Source of the DNA: an uncultured bacterium
Lineage (GTDB): Bacteria > Fidelibacterota > UBA2242
Length of the DNA stretch: 64,000 bases
Reading direction: 5' to 3'
Assembly: GCA_964576275.1 (NCBI GenBank)
Contig: CAZNUN010000004.1
Coordinates: 121,779 to 185,778 of the forward strand
Shown here: positions 19,982 through 29,760 of the stretch, one piece after another
How positions within the stretch are numbered: position 1 is the first letter of the stretch
Layout of the letters: each line of letters starts with the position of its first letter
The notes under the pieces: generated by a model
What the model saw: the letters and a program-made list of their open reading frames with translations, nothing else
The model's database searches: none
Told to the model about the DNA's origin: nothing
Made by a program: the position numbers and the translations under genes

Positions 19982-21518
19982 ACGCATCATTCTCTTTGAC
20001 ACAACCCTGCGCGACGGCGAACAAAGTCCGGGCGCGTCTCTGAAAGTCACCGAAAAACTCATTATCGCCCGTCAGCTCGCCAACCTGGGAGTGGATGTGA
20101 TCGAAGCCGGTTTCCCGATTGCCTCGGAGGGCGATTTTGAAGCGGTCAAACAGGTCGCTCAAAATATTTCCGGACCGAAGATCTGCGGCCTGGCGCGCAC
20201 TCACGAAGCCGATATTGATCGCTGCTGGGAAGCCGTCAAATTTTCCGCCAAACCGCGCATCCATACCTTCATCGCCACTTCCACCATTCACTTGGAAAAG
20301 AAACTGCGCAAGACCGAAGCCGAAGTTATCGAACTGGCTTACAAGGCCGTCCGGCATGCCAGAAAATACTGCGACGACGTAGAATTTTCTCCCGAAGACG
20401 CCGCCCGCACCAATCTCGATTACATGTGCGCCGTTGTCCAGGCCGCCCTGGAAGCCGGCGCCACTACGATCAACATTCCCGATACGGTGGGTTACGCCGA
20501 GCCGGATGAATTCGCCGGACGGATTCGCTACCTAATCGAGAAAGTTCCGGCAATAAAGCAAGCCATTATCAGCGTACATTGCCATAATGATCTCGGCAAT
20601 GCCGTGGCCAATTCACTGGCGGCGGTGCGCGCCGGTGCGAATCAGATTGAAGGCTGTATCAACGGCATCGGCGAACGAGCCGGAAATGCCTCCCTGGAAG
20701 AAATCATCATGAATCTGGTAACACGCAAGGATTTCTTCAATGCCGAAATCGGCGTCAATACCCGTGAGATTTACAAGACCAGCCGGCTGGTTTCCAATCT
20801 GACCGGTTTGAGCGTCCAGCGCAACAAGGCAATTGTCGGCCAGAATGCCTTTTCGCACGAGGCGGGAATTCATCAGCACGGCGTCCTGAGTAGTAAAAGC
20901 ACCTACGAAATCATGACCCCCGAAGAGGTCGGCTGGGAAGGCGAGAATCTGGTGATCGGCAAACACTCCGGCAAACATGCCGTGTCGGCCTTGCTGGAAG
21001 AAGAGGGCTTTCGTCTCGACCAGGACCAACTCAATCAGATCACCAACAAAGTCAAAGATCTGGCCGACAAACAGAAACAGGTTGCCGCCGAAGACATTCT
21101 GGCTATCGCCCGCGATGTCACCCTGCAATTGCCCGAAAAGGAACAGCGCATCCATCTGGAAGAATTTACTGTGACCACCGGCAGTGGTCTGACGCCGACT
21201 GCCTCGGTGCGCCTGACAGTTGACGGTGAAAAAAAGATCGGCGCCGCGATCGGCGATGGGCCGATTGACGCCATCAGTAACGCCATCTGGAGCATCATCG
21301 GGCCTTCCCTGCAGTTGGTGGACTATAATTTAAAGGCTATCACCGGCGGTACAAACGCTCTGGCGGACGTCTCGATTAAATTAGCCGATCGAAGCGGCAA
21401 TCTCTTCACCGCTCGGGCGGTGGATGAAGATGTCATCAAGGCCAGCGCTTTGGGCATTATCAAAGGCATCAATAAAGCCTTCGGCACCGAGCAAAAAATC
21501 CATCCGCATGCGATCTAA
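19974..21518 (+). CDS. leuA: 2-isopropylmalate synthase
   Basis: [50 protein letters not shown]-terminal regulatory domain. 8-nt overlap with cimA. Confidence 0.9.
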   Translation: MSKRIILFDTTLRDGEQSPGASLKVTEKLIIARQLANLGVDVIEAGFPIASEGDFEAVKQVAQNISGPKICGLARTHEADIDRCWEAVKFSAKPRIHTFIATSTIHLEKKLRKTEAEVIELAYKAVRHARKYCDDVEFSPEDAARTNLDYMCAVVQAALEAGATTINIPDTVGYAEPDEFAGRIRYLIEKVPAIKQAIISVHCHNDLGNAVANSLAAVRAGANQIEGCINGIGERAGNASLEEIIMNLVTRKDFFNAEIGVNTREIYKTSRLVSNLTGLSVQRNKAIVGQNAFSHEAGIHQHGVLSSKSTYEIMTPEEVGWEGENLVIGKHSGKHAVSALLEEEGFRLDQDQLNQITNKVKDLADKQKQVAAEDILAIARDVTLQLPEKEQRIHLEEFTVTTGSGLTPTASVRLTVDGEKKIGAAIGDGPIDAISNAIWSIIGPSLQLVDYNLKAITGGTNALADVSIKLADRSGNLFTARAVDEDVIKASALGIIKGINKAFGTEQKIHPHAI

Positions 21519-21540
21519 AATATTATCACAGGAGCACAAA

Positions 21541-22803
21541 TTGGGCTTAACCATAACCGAAAAAATCCTCGCCGTCCACAGTGGACGCGAGAGCGTCGCG
21601 CCAGGCGAGCTGATTGATTGTGAAATTGACACCATCATGTGCCACGACGTGACTACGACGCCGGCGATCGAAATGCTGGAAAGATACGCCATCCCGAAAA
21701 TCTTCGATCCGGAACGTGTCGTCATTATGCCGGATCATTTCGTGCCGAACAAGGACATCAAATCGGCTGAAATGGTTGCCAAAATCCGGCGCTGGGCGCA
21801 GACGCAGGGAATCACGCGTTTTTATGATATCGGACGCCACGGCGTCTGTCATGCTTTGCTGCCGGAACAGGGCTTTGTCACACCCGGGAAAACTATCGTC
21901 TGCGGCGACAGTCACACTACCACGCACGGCGCGCTGGGCGCCTTTTCAACCGGCATTGGCAGCACCGACCTGGCGGCCGCTCTGGCGACCGGTAAACTCT
22001 GGTTCAAAGTGCCGGAATCCATGCTGTTCGTCCTTTCGGGGAAATTGCCGGAAGGCGTTTTTGCCAAAGACCTGATCCTGAAAATCATCGGACTGATCGG
22101 CGTTGACGGAGCGCTCTACCGCGCTATGGAATTTACCGGAGAAGTCATCGAAGAACTTTCGGTCGAAGGACGCATGACGGTCTGCAATATGGCGATTGAA
22201 GCCGGCGGAAAATCCGGCATTATCAATCCGGATGAAAAAACTTTGGAATACGTCAATAATCATAGCCATGAGCCCTTCACCGTTTACCGCAGTGATCCGG
22301 ACGCCGACTATTGCCGGACAATGGGAATTGATGTCAGCGGACTGGAGCCGGTGGTGGCTCTGCCGCATTTGCCGAGCAATGTCAGATTCGTTCGTGAAGT
22401 CCAGGACGTGCGCATTGACCAGGCCTATCTCGGCAGTTGCACCAACGGTCGGATCGAAGATTTACGCATCGCGGCCCAGATCATACAAAACCGGACGGTG
22501 GCGCACGGAACCCGTATGATCGTCGTCCCGGCGACCACCGAAATCTGGAAACAGGCTAATCACGAAGGGCTGCTGGATATTTTCATGTCTGCCGGAGCGA
22601 CCGTCAGCACGCCGACCTGCGGCGCCTGTCTCGGCGGACACATGGGAATTCTGGCCGCCGGCGAACGCTGTATCAGCTCGACCAACCGCAACTTTGTCGG
22701 CCGCATGGGCAGTCCGAAATCGGAAGTTTTTCTGGCCAGTCCGGCAACCGTGGCGGCTTCGGCTGTCACCGGGAAAATCACCGACCCGCGTCAATTTTTA
22801 TAG
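21541..22803 (+). CDS. leuC: 3-isopropylmalate dehydratase, large subunit
   Basis: [26 protein letters not shown] and PTCGACLGG (Fe-S Cys ligands). Start chosen at the TTG at 21541, 4 nt after AGGAGCA. The ORF track's 21424 start would overlap leuA by 95 nt. An ATG at 21508 is an alternative. Confidence 0.9.
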   Translation: MGLTITEKILAVHSGRESVAPGELIDCEIDTIMCHDVTTTPAIEMLERYAIPKIFDPERVVIMPDHFVPNKDIKSAEMVAKIRRWAQTQGITRFYDIGRHGVCHALLPEQGFVTPGKTIVCGDSHTTTHGALGAFSTGIGSTDLAAALATGKLWFKVPESMLFVLSGKLPEGVFAKDLILKIIGLIGVDGALYRAMEFTGEVIEELSVEGRMTVCNMAIEAGGKSGIINPDEKTLEYVNNHSHEPFTVYRSDPDADYCRTMGIDVSGLEPVVALPHLPSNVRFVREVQDVRIDQAYLGSCTNGRIEDLRIAAQIIQNRTVAHGTRMIVVPATTEIWKQANHEGLLDIFMSAGATVSTPTCGACLGGHMGILAAGERCISSTNRNFVGRMGSPKSEVFLASPATVAASAVTGKITDPRQFL

Positions 22804-22812
22804 GAGTTTATC

Positions 22813-23301
22813 GTGCAGGGAAACGCTCACGTTTATCAAAAAAACCACATCAACACCGACGAAATCATCCCGGCGCGCTACTTAGTTTCCGACCAGGAAG
22901 CCGAGCTGGCCGGACATGCCATGGAAGACCTGGATGTCAATTTTGTCAAGAAGGTACAAACCGGTGATTTTATTGTCAGCGGCGACGACTTCGGCTGTGG
23001 CAGTTCGCGCGAACATGCCGTCTGGGCTCTGCGCGGAGCCGGCGTCCGGGCTGTGATCGCCAACTCGTTCGCCCGCATCTTTTACCGCAATTGTATCAAT
23101 AACGGCTTTTTGGCGATCGAATGTAAAGGCGCAGTTTCCCGGATTCAGTCCGGCGACCGGCTGGAAATTGATCTGGCAGCTGGCAAGATCATCAATCTGA
23201 CTCGTCAGGAATCTTACGTATTTCAACCTTTTCCGGAATTTGCCCGTGAAATTATCGAATCCGGCGGTCTGATGGAAAAAATAAAAAAGGAGTTGACCTG
23301 A
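22813..23301 (+). CDS. leuD: 3-isopropylmalate dehydratase, small subunit
   Basis: [17 protein letters not shown]. 162 aa. GTG start after AGGAG. Confidence 0.9.
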   Translation: MQGNAHVYQKNHINTDEIIPARYLVSDQEAELAGHAMEDLDVNFVKKVQTGDFIVSGDDFGCGSSREHAVWALRGAGVRAVIANSFARIFYRNCINNGFLAIECKGAVSRIQSGDRLEIDLAAGKIINLTRQESYVFQPFPEFAREIIESGGLMEKIKKELT

Positions 23302-24402
23302 ATGGAAACTAAAAAGATCGCCATACTGGCCGGGGATGGCATCGGCCCGGAAATCATGGCAGAAGCCCTGAAAGTACTGGACATCGTGCAGAAGAAAGGC
23401 GGAATGCGATTCGAATTTCGGGAAGCCCTGGTAGGCGGCGCGGCCTGGGAAAAATATCAGCGGCATTTGCCGGAAGAAACTGTGCGCGTTTGCCGTAAAA
23501 GTGACGCGATTTTGTTCGGCGCGGTCGGCGGGCCGGTGCAGGAACAGCTCACTCCCAAATGGTGCGGCGTTGAGGTCAATGCTCTCCTCGGTTTGCGGAA
23601 AGCCTTCGATTTATACGCCAATCTGCGCCCCTCAAAATTATATCCCGCGCTGGTTTTCGCCTCGCCGTTGCGAAAAGACATTGCCGAAAAGGGGTTTGAC
23701 ATCCTCGTAGTCCGCGAACTGACCGGCGGAATTTATTTCGGCCAGCCGAAAGGCCGCAGAGGCGCGGGCGACGATGAGGCAGCTTTCGACACTATGATTT
23801 ATACGCGGCGGGAAATCGAACGCATCGCGCATGTGGCTTTCAAGGCCGCGCGCCGGCGGCGCCGAAAAGTCACCTGTATCGACAAGGCTAATGTGCTGAC
23901 CACTATGGTTTTCTGGCGCGAAGTCGTATCCGAAGTCGCCAAACAGTATCCGGATGTAGTCTGGGAGCCGATGTATGTGGACAACGCCTCGATCCAATTA
24001 GTAAAAAATCCGGGTCAGTTCGACGTTATGCTGTGCGGCAATATGTTCGGCGACATCCTTTCGGATGAAGCCGCGGCCATCGCGGGCAGTCTGGGTATGT
24101 TACCCAGCGCCAGTCTGGCGGAAGGCAGTTTTGGTTTGTATGAACCGGGCGGCGGTTCGGCGCCTGATATCGCCGGACAAAATATCGCCAATCCGATTGC
24201 CCAGATTCTGAGCGCCGCAATGATGCTGACCTATTCATTCGATCTGCCTGAGGCGGCTGACGCCATTGAAAAAGCCGTGGCCAATGTTCTGCAGGCCGGA
24301 TACCGCACGGCCGATATTATTGACGAAGGTTGTGTTAAAGTCGGCACCAATGAAATGGGCGACCGTATCGCGGCCGAATTGCAGAAAATTTTAAAAGAGT
24401 AG
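23302..24402 (+). CDS. leuB: 3-isopropylmalate dehydrogenase
   Basis: [50 protein letters not shown]. Confidence 0.95.
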   Translation: METKKIAILAGDGIGPEIMAEALKVLDIVQKKGGMRFEFREALVGGAAWEKYQRHLPEETVRVCRKSDAILFGAVGGPVQEQLTPKWCGVEVNALLGLRKAFDLYANLRPSKLYPALVFASPLRKDIAEKGFDILVVRELTGGIYFGQPKGRRGAGDDEAAFDTMIYTRREIERIAHVAFKAARRRRRKVTCIDKANVLTTMVFWREVVSEVAKQYPDVVWEPMYVDNASIQLVKNPGQFDVMLCGNMFGDILSDEAAAIAGSLGMLPSASLAEGSFGLYEPGGGSAPDIAGQNIANPIAQILSAAMMLTYSFDLPEAADAIEKAVANVLQAGYRTADIIDEGCVKVGTNEMGDRIAAELQKILKE

Positions 24403-24415
24403 GTGAGTTAATAAC

Positions 24416-24447
24416 AGCCGCACTTTCGGGATATTTTTAGTGCGGCT
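24416..24447 (+). terminator. possible operon-end hairpin after leuB
   Basis: AGCCGCACT (24416-24424) and AGTGCGGCT (24439-24447) form a 9-bp stem with a 14-nt loop. No clean T-tract follows, so the terminator call is weak. Confidence 0.35.
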
Positions 24448-24505
24448 CGCTGTCCGTTTGTCGTAAATCCCGGCGGATGGTAAAAAGAAAAATGAGAGGA
24501 AATTG

Positions 24506-26794
24506 ATGACCACAGGAAATACCGATTTCCCGGAGGATATATTTTATGAACAATTCTATCACGAATTCGCCATTCGCCTGACACAGGTGAGAAACAGATT
24601 GGCGCGGCCGCTGACCTTTACCGAAAAAATCCTGTTTACCCATCTTTGGAACAATGCTGAGAGCGCTCCGGATTTGTCGGCCGTCGATTTCCTGAATCTG
24701 CGTCCAGACCGCGTCGCCCTGCAGGACGCGACTGGCCAGATGGCGCTCTTGCAAATATTAAGTTCCGGCCGCGATAAAATCCAGACGCCGACCACTCTAC
24801 ACTGCGACCATCTGATAACCGCCCGGGAAAACGCGGAGGATGACCTCCGGCGCGCTCTTGAAGATAATCGCGAGATTTACACTTTTCTGAAATCCGCCGC
24901 CGCCAGATTCGGCATTGGATACTGGGAACCCGGCGCTGGCATAATTCACCAAATTTTGCTGGAAAATTACGCCTTCCCCGGCGGGCTGTTAATCGGCACA
25001 GATTCCCACACGCCGAACGCCGGCGGGCTCGGTATGCTCGGCGTCGGAGTCGGCGGCGCCGAAGCTGTGGACGCAATGCTCGGTTTGCCCTGGGAATTGT
25101 CGAACCCGGCCGTGATCGGGATCGAACTGACCGGCAGCCTGTCCGGTTGGGCTTCGCCGAAGGATGTCATCCTGAAATTGGCCGGGATTCTTACTACCAA
25201 AGGCGCAACTGGGTGCGTTCTGGAATATTTCGGTTCCGGCACAGCGCAGATTTCATGTACCGGAAAAGCCACCATCTGCAATATGGGCGCCGAACTGGGG
25301 GCGACGGCCTCGCTTTTCCCCTTCGATCACGAGATGGCGGCTTATCTTAAGGCCACCGGCCGGAAAACGGTCACGGAACAGGCGGAACAATTACAGACTG
25401 ATTTGCGCGCCGATCCGGAAATTGCCCGATCGCCGGAACGCTTTTATGCGCAGGTAATCCGGATTGATTTAGACACTCTGGAGCCCCATATCAACGGTCC
25501 GGCCTCGCCCGATAAGGCTGTGCCGCTTTCGCAATTTGCCGATTATTTAAAGAAGAATGATTTTCCGACGCAATTGTCCGCCGGACTGATCGGCTCCTGT
25601 ACCAATTCCTCTTATGAAGACCTGGCTTACGCGGCGTCCATAGCCCGGCAAGCCAATCGCCACAAAATCACTCCCCGTGCGGAACTGCTAATTAATCCCG
25701 GCTCTCAGTGGATTCGCGATATCTGTAGTAAAAGCGGAATTTGGGATGAATTTCGCCACATAAACGCCCGTATTTTGGCTAATGCCTGCGGCCCATGCAT
25801 CGGCCAATGGGAACGCCCGGGAGCGGAGCGGCAGATCACCAACGCGATCATGACCACCTACAACCGCAATTTCACCGGGCGCAATGATGAGAATCCCCGG
25901 ACTCTCACATTTCTGGCTTCGCCGGCCATTGTCATGGCGATGGTGCTGAGTGGTGATCTGAGATTCAATCCCATGAAAGATCCTTTGTTTAACGCGAAGG
26001 GTGAAAAAATATTCCTGAAGCCTCCGACCGGAAAAGCGTTGCCTGAAGGCAATTTCAAAACCACGGCGCTGCCCTTGCAGATTCAGGCGGATGAAAAAGT
26101 TGCGGTCATAATCAAACCCGGCTCGGAAAGACTCCAATTGTTGCGGCCTTTTGCGGCGCCGGACATGCCGGCTTTCCAGGACTTGTTTTTACTTATTAAA
26201 GTCAAAGGCAAATGCACGACCGATCATATTTCGCCGGCGGGAAAATGGCTGAAGTACCGCGGCCATCTGGATAAGATTTCCGACAATCTCCTCCTGGGAG
26301 CCCGCAATGCCTTTACAGACAGATGCGGCGAGACCCTGAACTGCTTGACGGGACGATATGGCGTCGTCTCAGCAGTTGCCCGTCATTATAAAGCCCTGGG
26401 AAAAATGTCGCTGATCGTAGCCGATCAAAATTACGGCGAAGGCTCGTCGCGCGAACAGGCCGCCATGGAACCGCGCCACCTGGGGGTCGCGGCGGTCGTT
26501 GCCCGTTCGTTCGCCCGCATTCACGAGACGAATTTGAAGAAACAGGGCGTGCTGGCCTTGACTTTCGAACATCCGGAAGATTACGAATGCATTGGCGAAC
26601 GCGATGAATTCGGGATCGGCGGGCTTGACGATTTCAAACCCGGGCGGCCACTCTGCCTGAAGATTTTACACCCGGACGGATCCGGTGAAACTATTAATTT
26701 GTTGCATAACTACAACCAGTCCCAGATCGAATGCTTTTGGGCTGGCGGCGCTCTGAACATTTTACGAATGCAAAATCAACAGCAATGCTCTTAA
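24506..26794 (+). CDS. acn: aconitate hydratase (about 760 aa, mitochondrial-like/short type)
   Basis: LTFTEKILFTHL, GTDSHTPNAGGLG, IGSCTNSSYEDL, ANACGPCIGQW, NRNFTGRN, YGEGSSREQAA. ATG at 24506 after GAGAGGA. Confidence 0.9.
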   Translation: MTTGNTDFPEDIFYEQFYHEFAIRLTQVRNRLARPLTFTEKILFTHLWNNAESAPDLSAVDFLNLRPDRVALQDATGQMALLQILSSGRDKIQTPTTLHCDHLITARENAEDDLRRALEDNREIYTFLKSAAARFGIGYWEPGAGIIHQILLENYAFPGGLLIGTDSHTPNAGGLGMLGVGVGGAEAVDAMLGLPWELSNPAVIGIELTGSLSGWASPKDVILKLAGILTTKGATGCVLEYFGSGTAQISCTGKATICNMGAELGATASLFPFDHEMAAYLKATGRKTVTEQAEQLQTDLRADPEIARSPERFYAQVIRIDLDTLEPHINGPASPDKAVPLSQFADYLKKNDFPTQLSAGLIGSCTNSSYEDLAYAASIARQANRHKITPRAELLINPGSQWIRDICSKSGIWDEFRHINARILANACGPCIGQWERPGAERQITNAIMTTYNRNFTGRNDENPRTLTFLASPAIVMAMVLSGDLRFNPMKDPLFNAKGEKIFLKPPTGKALPEGNFKTTALPLQIQADEKVAVIIKPGSERLQLLRPFAAPDMPAFQDLFLLIKVKGKCTTDHISPAGKWLKYRGHLDKISDNLLLGARNAFTDRCGETLNCLTGRYGVVSAVARHYKALGKMSLIVADQNYGEGSSREQAAMEPRHLGVAAVVARSFARIHETNLKKQGVLALTFEHPEDYECIGERDEFGIGGLDDFKPGRPLCLKILHPDGSGETINLLHNYNQSQIECFWAGGALNILRMQNQQQCS

Positions 26795-26807
26795 TGTGGA
26801 GGAAAAT

Positions 26808-28049
26808 ATGTCGCACGATCAAATAATTTTTGTCAATGGCTCGCTGCAGGTGCCCGACTTTCCCATGATCCCGTTTATCGAGGGTGACGGAATCGGTGCC
26901 GAAATCTGTCCGCCGACCATGAACCTGATTAACGCCGCCGTCAACCGCGCTTACGGCTCCCGCCGCCAAATTATCTGGCGGGAGATTCTGGCGGGTGAGA
27001 AAGCCTTTCAACAATGTGGCGAATGGCTGCCGGTTGCTACACTCCAGGAATTGAATCAGTACGTCATCGGCCTGAAAGGGCCTCTGCGCACGCCGGTGGG
27101 CGAAGGGCGGCGCTCCCTGAATGTCACGTTGCGCCAGACTCTCGACCTGTACGCCTGTGTGCGGCCGCTTCGCTGGTTTCCGGGAATTCCGGCGCCGGTT
27201 ACGCATCCGGAACAGCTTAATGTCGTCATCTTCCGCGAAAATACCGAAGACCTTTATACAGGAATTGAATATATGCGCGGTTCGCTGGAGGCTGGCCTGC
27301 TGGAAGATTTCCTCACAGAAAAACTGAGCGCACCGCATTTCCGTTTTCCGGGCGAGACCTCGCTGGGTGTCAAACCGGTTTCCAAGCCCGGCTCCGAGCG
27401 TCTGATCCGTTCAGCCATCAAATATGCGATCCGGTATCAACTGCCGTCGGTGACTCTGGTGCATAAAGGCAATATCATGAAATTTACCGAAGGCGCCTTC
27501 CGCAACTGGGGCTTTGATCTCACAGAGAGAGAGTTTGCCGAAAATTGCGTCACCAGCCGGCAAATCTCCGCCGGGACAAGTCCTGACGGTAAAATTGTTG
27601 TCAAAGACATGATCACGGACGCTTTCATACAGGATATTTTGCTCAATCCGGCCAGACACGCGGTGATCGCGACACTGAATCTGAACGGCGACTACCTTTC
27701 GGATCTGGCCGCGGCTATGATTGGCGGAATCGGTCTGGCGCCCGGAGCGAATATTAATTTTGAGACCGGACGGGCGGTTTTTGAATCTACGCACGGTACG
27801 GCGCCCGATATTGCCGGGCGCGGCGTCGCCAACCCGTCTTCGCTGATCCTTTCCGGCGTCATGATGCTGGAATATATGGGTTGGACAGAAGCCGCCGCAG
27901 TTCTGCAAAAAGCCGTGGCTAATTTATTCGTCAGGCATGTCGGGACGGTAGATATTTTCGGGGCGGTTCCCGGAGCGCACCGGGTGGGAACTTCTGAATT
28001 CGCCGAACTCTTACAGACCGAAATTCTGAAAATTGACACCGGGCAATAA
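26808..28049 (+). CDS. icd: isocitrate dehydrogenase (NADP-dependent, homodimeric prokaryotic type)
   Basis: LKGPLRTPVGEGRRSLNVTLRQTLDLYACVRP, NLNGDYLSDLAAAMIGGIGLAPGANI, FESTHGTAPDIAG. ATG at 26808 after GGAGGA. The ORF track's GTG at 26796 is probably too early. Confidence 0.9.
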   Translation: MSHDQIIFVNGSLQVPDFPMIPFIEGDGIGAEICPPTMNLINAAVNRAYGSRRQIIWREILAGEKAFQQCGEWLPVATLQELNQYVIGLKGPLRTPVGEGRRSLNVTLRQTLDLYACVRPLRWFPGIPAPVTHPEQLNVVIFRENTEDLYTGIEYMRGSLEAGLLEDFLTEKLSAPHFRFPGETSLGVKPVSKPGSERLIRSAIKYAIRYQLPSVTLVHKGNIMKFTEGAFRNWGFDLTEREFAENCVTSRQISAGTSPDGKIVVKDMITDAFIQDILLNPARHAVIATLNLNGDYLSDLAAAMIGGIGLAPGANINFETGRAVFESTHGTAPDIAGRGVANPSSLILSGVMMLEYMGWTEAAAVLQKAVANLFVRHVGTVDIFGAVPGAHRVGTSEFAELLQTEILKIDTGQ

Positions 28050-28059
28050 CGGAGGAGTT

Positions 28060-29409
28060 ATGTCTGAAACCATGTTGCAGGCCATTTGCCGGAAAATGCA
28101 GAACGCCTGCCAGATAGATCCGCTTTTATTTGAAAAATATAATGTCAAACGCGGTTTGCGCAATCCGGATCATACCGGCGTGCTGGTAGGTTTGACCAGC
28201 ATTGGCGACGTGGTCGGTTATCGCACCGAAAAGGGTCGCATCGTTCCAATCGAAGGAGAATTATTTTACCGTGGTTACCGCCTGGATGATCTGGTCGCGG
28301 GCTTTCAGAGTGGGAACCGTCACGGATACGAGGAAATCTGTTACCTGCTTCTGGCAGGCGAATTACCCAACCAGGCCGAACTGCAATATTTTTCCGGGTA
28401 TTTAGCCGCGCAGCGCGACCTGCCGGAAAATTTCACCAATCAGTTCCTTCTCAGTCTGGTCGGAAAAGACCTGATGAATATGCTGGCCAGGGCGGTGCTG
28501 GTGCTGTACACGAACGATCCGAAACCGGAAGATCGCAGTGAAGAAAACATCATCAGCCAATCGCTTGACCTGATCGCCCGTTTTCCGACTATTGTGGCAT
28601 ATTCGTACAATGCCTACCGGCACGCCTTTCAGCATAAGACACTCTCGATCCGGCATCCGCGTAAGAACCTAAGCATTGCCGAAAATTTTCTGTATATGCT
28701 GAAGGGCGAACGCTATACCAAACTGGAAGCCGATCTGCTCGATCTGGCCCTGGTCACGCACGCCGAACATGGCGGCGGCAATAATTCGACTTTCACTCTG
28801 CGGGTCACCAGCTCGGCGGGCACCGACACCTATTCGGCAATTGCGTCCGCTATCGGTTCCCTGAAAGGTCCCTATCACGGCGGAGCGAATCTGAAAGTTC
28901 TGGAAATGATGACGGATATGAAGAAGAATCTGAGCAACTGGAACGATCAAGACGCCGTGGCGGATTATCTTCTGAAAATCCTAAATAGGGAAGTCGGCGA
29001 CCGCACCGGCAAGATTTATGGCATCGGACATGCCGTTTATACGTATTCCGACCCCAGAGTGCGAATCCTGAAAGGCAAGGCCGCGGAACTGGCCGCCGCA
29101 AAAAACCGGCTCGATGAATTTAACCTGTATAATCTGGTCGAGAAACTGGCGCCGCAGGTTTTTGCGGATTTCAAGGGGCATGAAAAATCCAAGATCGTCT
29201 GCGCCAACGTTGATTTTTATTCGGGGTTCGTCTACTCCTGTATCGGCATTTCACCGGAGTTGTACACTCCTATTTTTGCGATTGGAAGACTGGCCGGCTG
29301 GTGTGCGCATCGCCTGGAAGAACTGAATCACCAGTCGCGCCGCATCATCCGTCCGGCCTATAAAAACGTCACGCCGCCGCGCGAGTATGTTGACCTGGCG
29401 GCCCGGTAA
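28060..29409 (+). CDS. gltA: citrate synthase (Si-type citrate/2-methylcitrate synthase family)
   Basis: HAEHGGGNNSTF, GIGHAVY and NVDFYSG catalytic His/Asp contexts. ATG at 28060 after GGAGGAG. Confidence 0.85.
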   Translation: MSETMLQAICRKMQNACQIDPLLFEKYNVKRGLRNPDHTGVLVGLTSIGDVVGYRTEKGRIVPIEGELFYRGYRLDDLVAGFQSGNRHGYEEICYLLLAGELPNQAELQYFSGYLAAQRDLPENFTNQFLLSLVGKDLMNMLARAVLVLYTNDPKPEDRSEENIISQSLDLIARFPTIVAYSYNAYRHAFQHKTLSIRHPRKNLSIAENFLYMLKGERYTKLEADLLDLALVTHAEHGGGNNSTFTLRVTSSAGTDTYSAIASAIGSLKGPYHGGANLKVLEMMTDMKKNLSNWNDQDAVADYLLKILNREVGDRTGKIYGIGHAVYTYSDPRVRILKGKAAELAAAKNRLDEFNLYNLVEKLAPQVFADFKGHEKSKIVCANVDFYSGFVYSCIGISPELYTPIFAIGRLAGWCAHRLEELNHQSRRIIRPAYKNVTPPREYVDLAAR

Positions 29410-29428
29410 AAAAGTGCGGCATACAATG

Positions 29429-29565
29429 GTCATACGATAGTCATTAGTCGCTGCGCGGCGTCATTCATAGTCATTCGGTAGTCATTCAGTAGTCAGGAAT
29501 TGTCAGGGATGGTCAATAAGGCATTAGGGCATTCATGCAATCAATCATTCAATCAGTCATGCAAC
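29429..29565. repeat. phased degenerate repeat array (GTCATTC-type core every 10-11 bp, decaying to GCATT/CAATCA units)
   Basis: GTCA(T) cores start at 29429, 29440, 29460, 29470, 29481, 29492, 29502 and 29512, then GCATTAGG, GCATTCAT and CAATCATTCAATCAGTCATGCAAC. GTCATTCGGTA (29470-29480) recurs exactly at 39061-39071. Confidence 0.7.
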
Positions 29566-29760
29566 AATGTAATTTGAAATTTTCCATTTGAATTCTGCCC
29601 CGAAGGGGCTTCGCCGGAGAAATCTCCCCGCCTGACGGGTAACGGGTCGAATTTTACATCGAGCTTACGTATTGACAGTTACTGTCGGACGATAAGCCCG
29701 GTCTTTTTCCCTTGCGGATTTCGCATTATCATATCTAAATCAGGTCAGCCCTGACAGATA

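Noticed and set aside
21424-21540. Upstream extension of leuC, plus similar 5' extensions of ORFs at 26796, 28033, 57365, 60586 and 43655
   Set aside because: The longest-ORF starts overlap the preceding gene or lack an RBS. In each case an in-frame start lies a few nt downstream of a strong AGGAG/GGAGG site, and for secreted proteins it restores a proper signal peptide.
29429-29565. Possible CRISPR array (also considered for 10400-10484)
   Set aside because: The units are only 7-11 nt long and directly abut each other with no unique spacers. They degenerate progressively, and no cas genes are present. These are micro/minisatellite-like arrays, not CRISPR.
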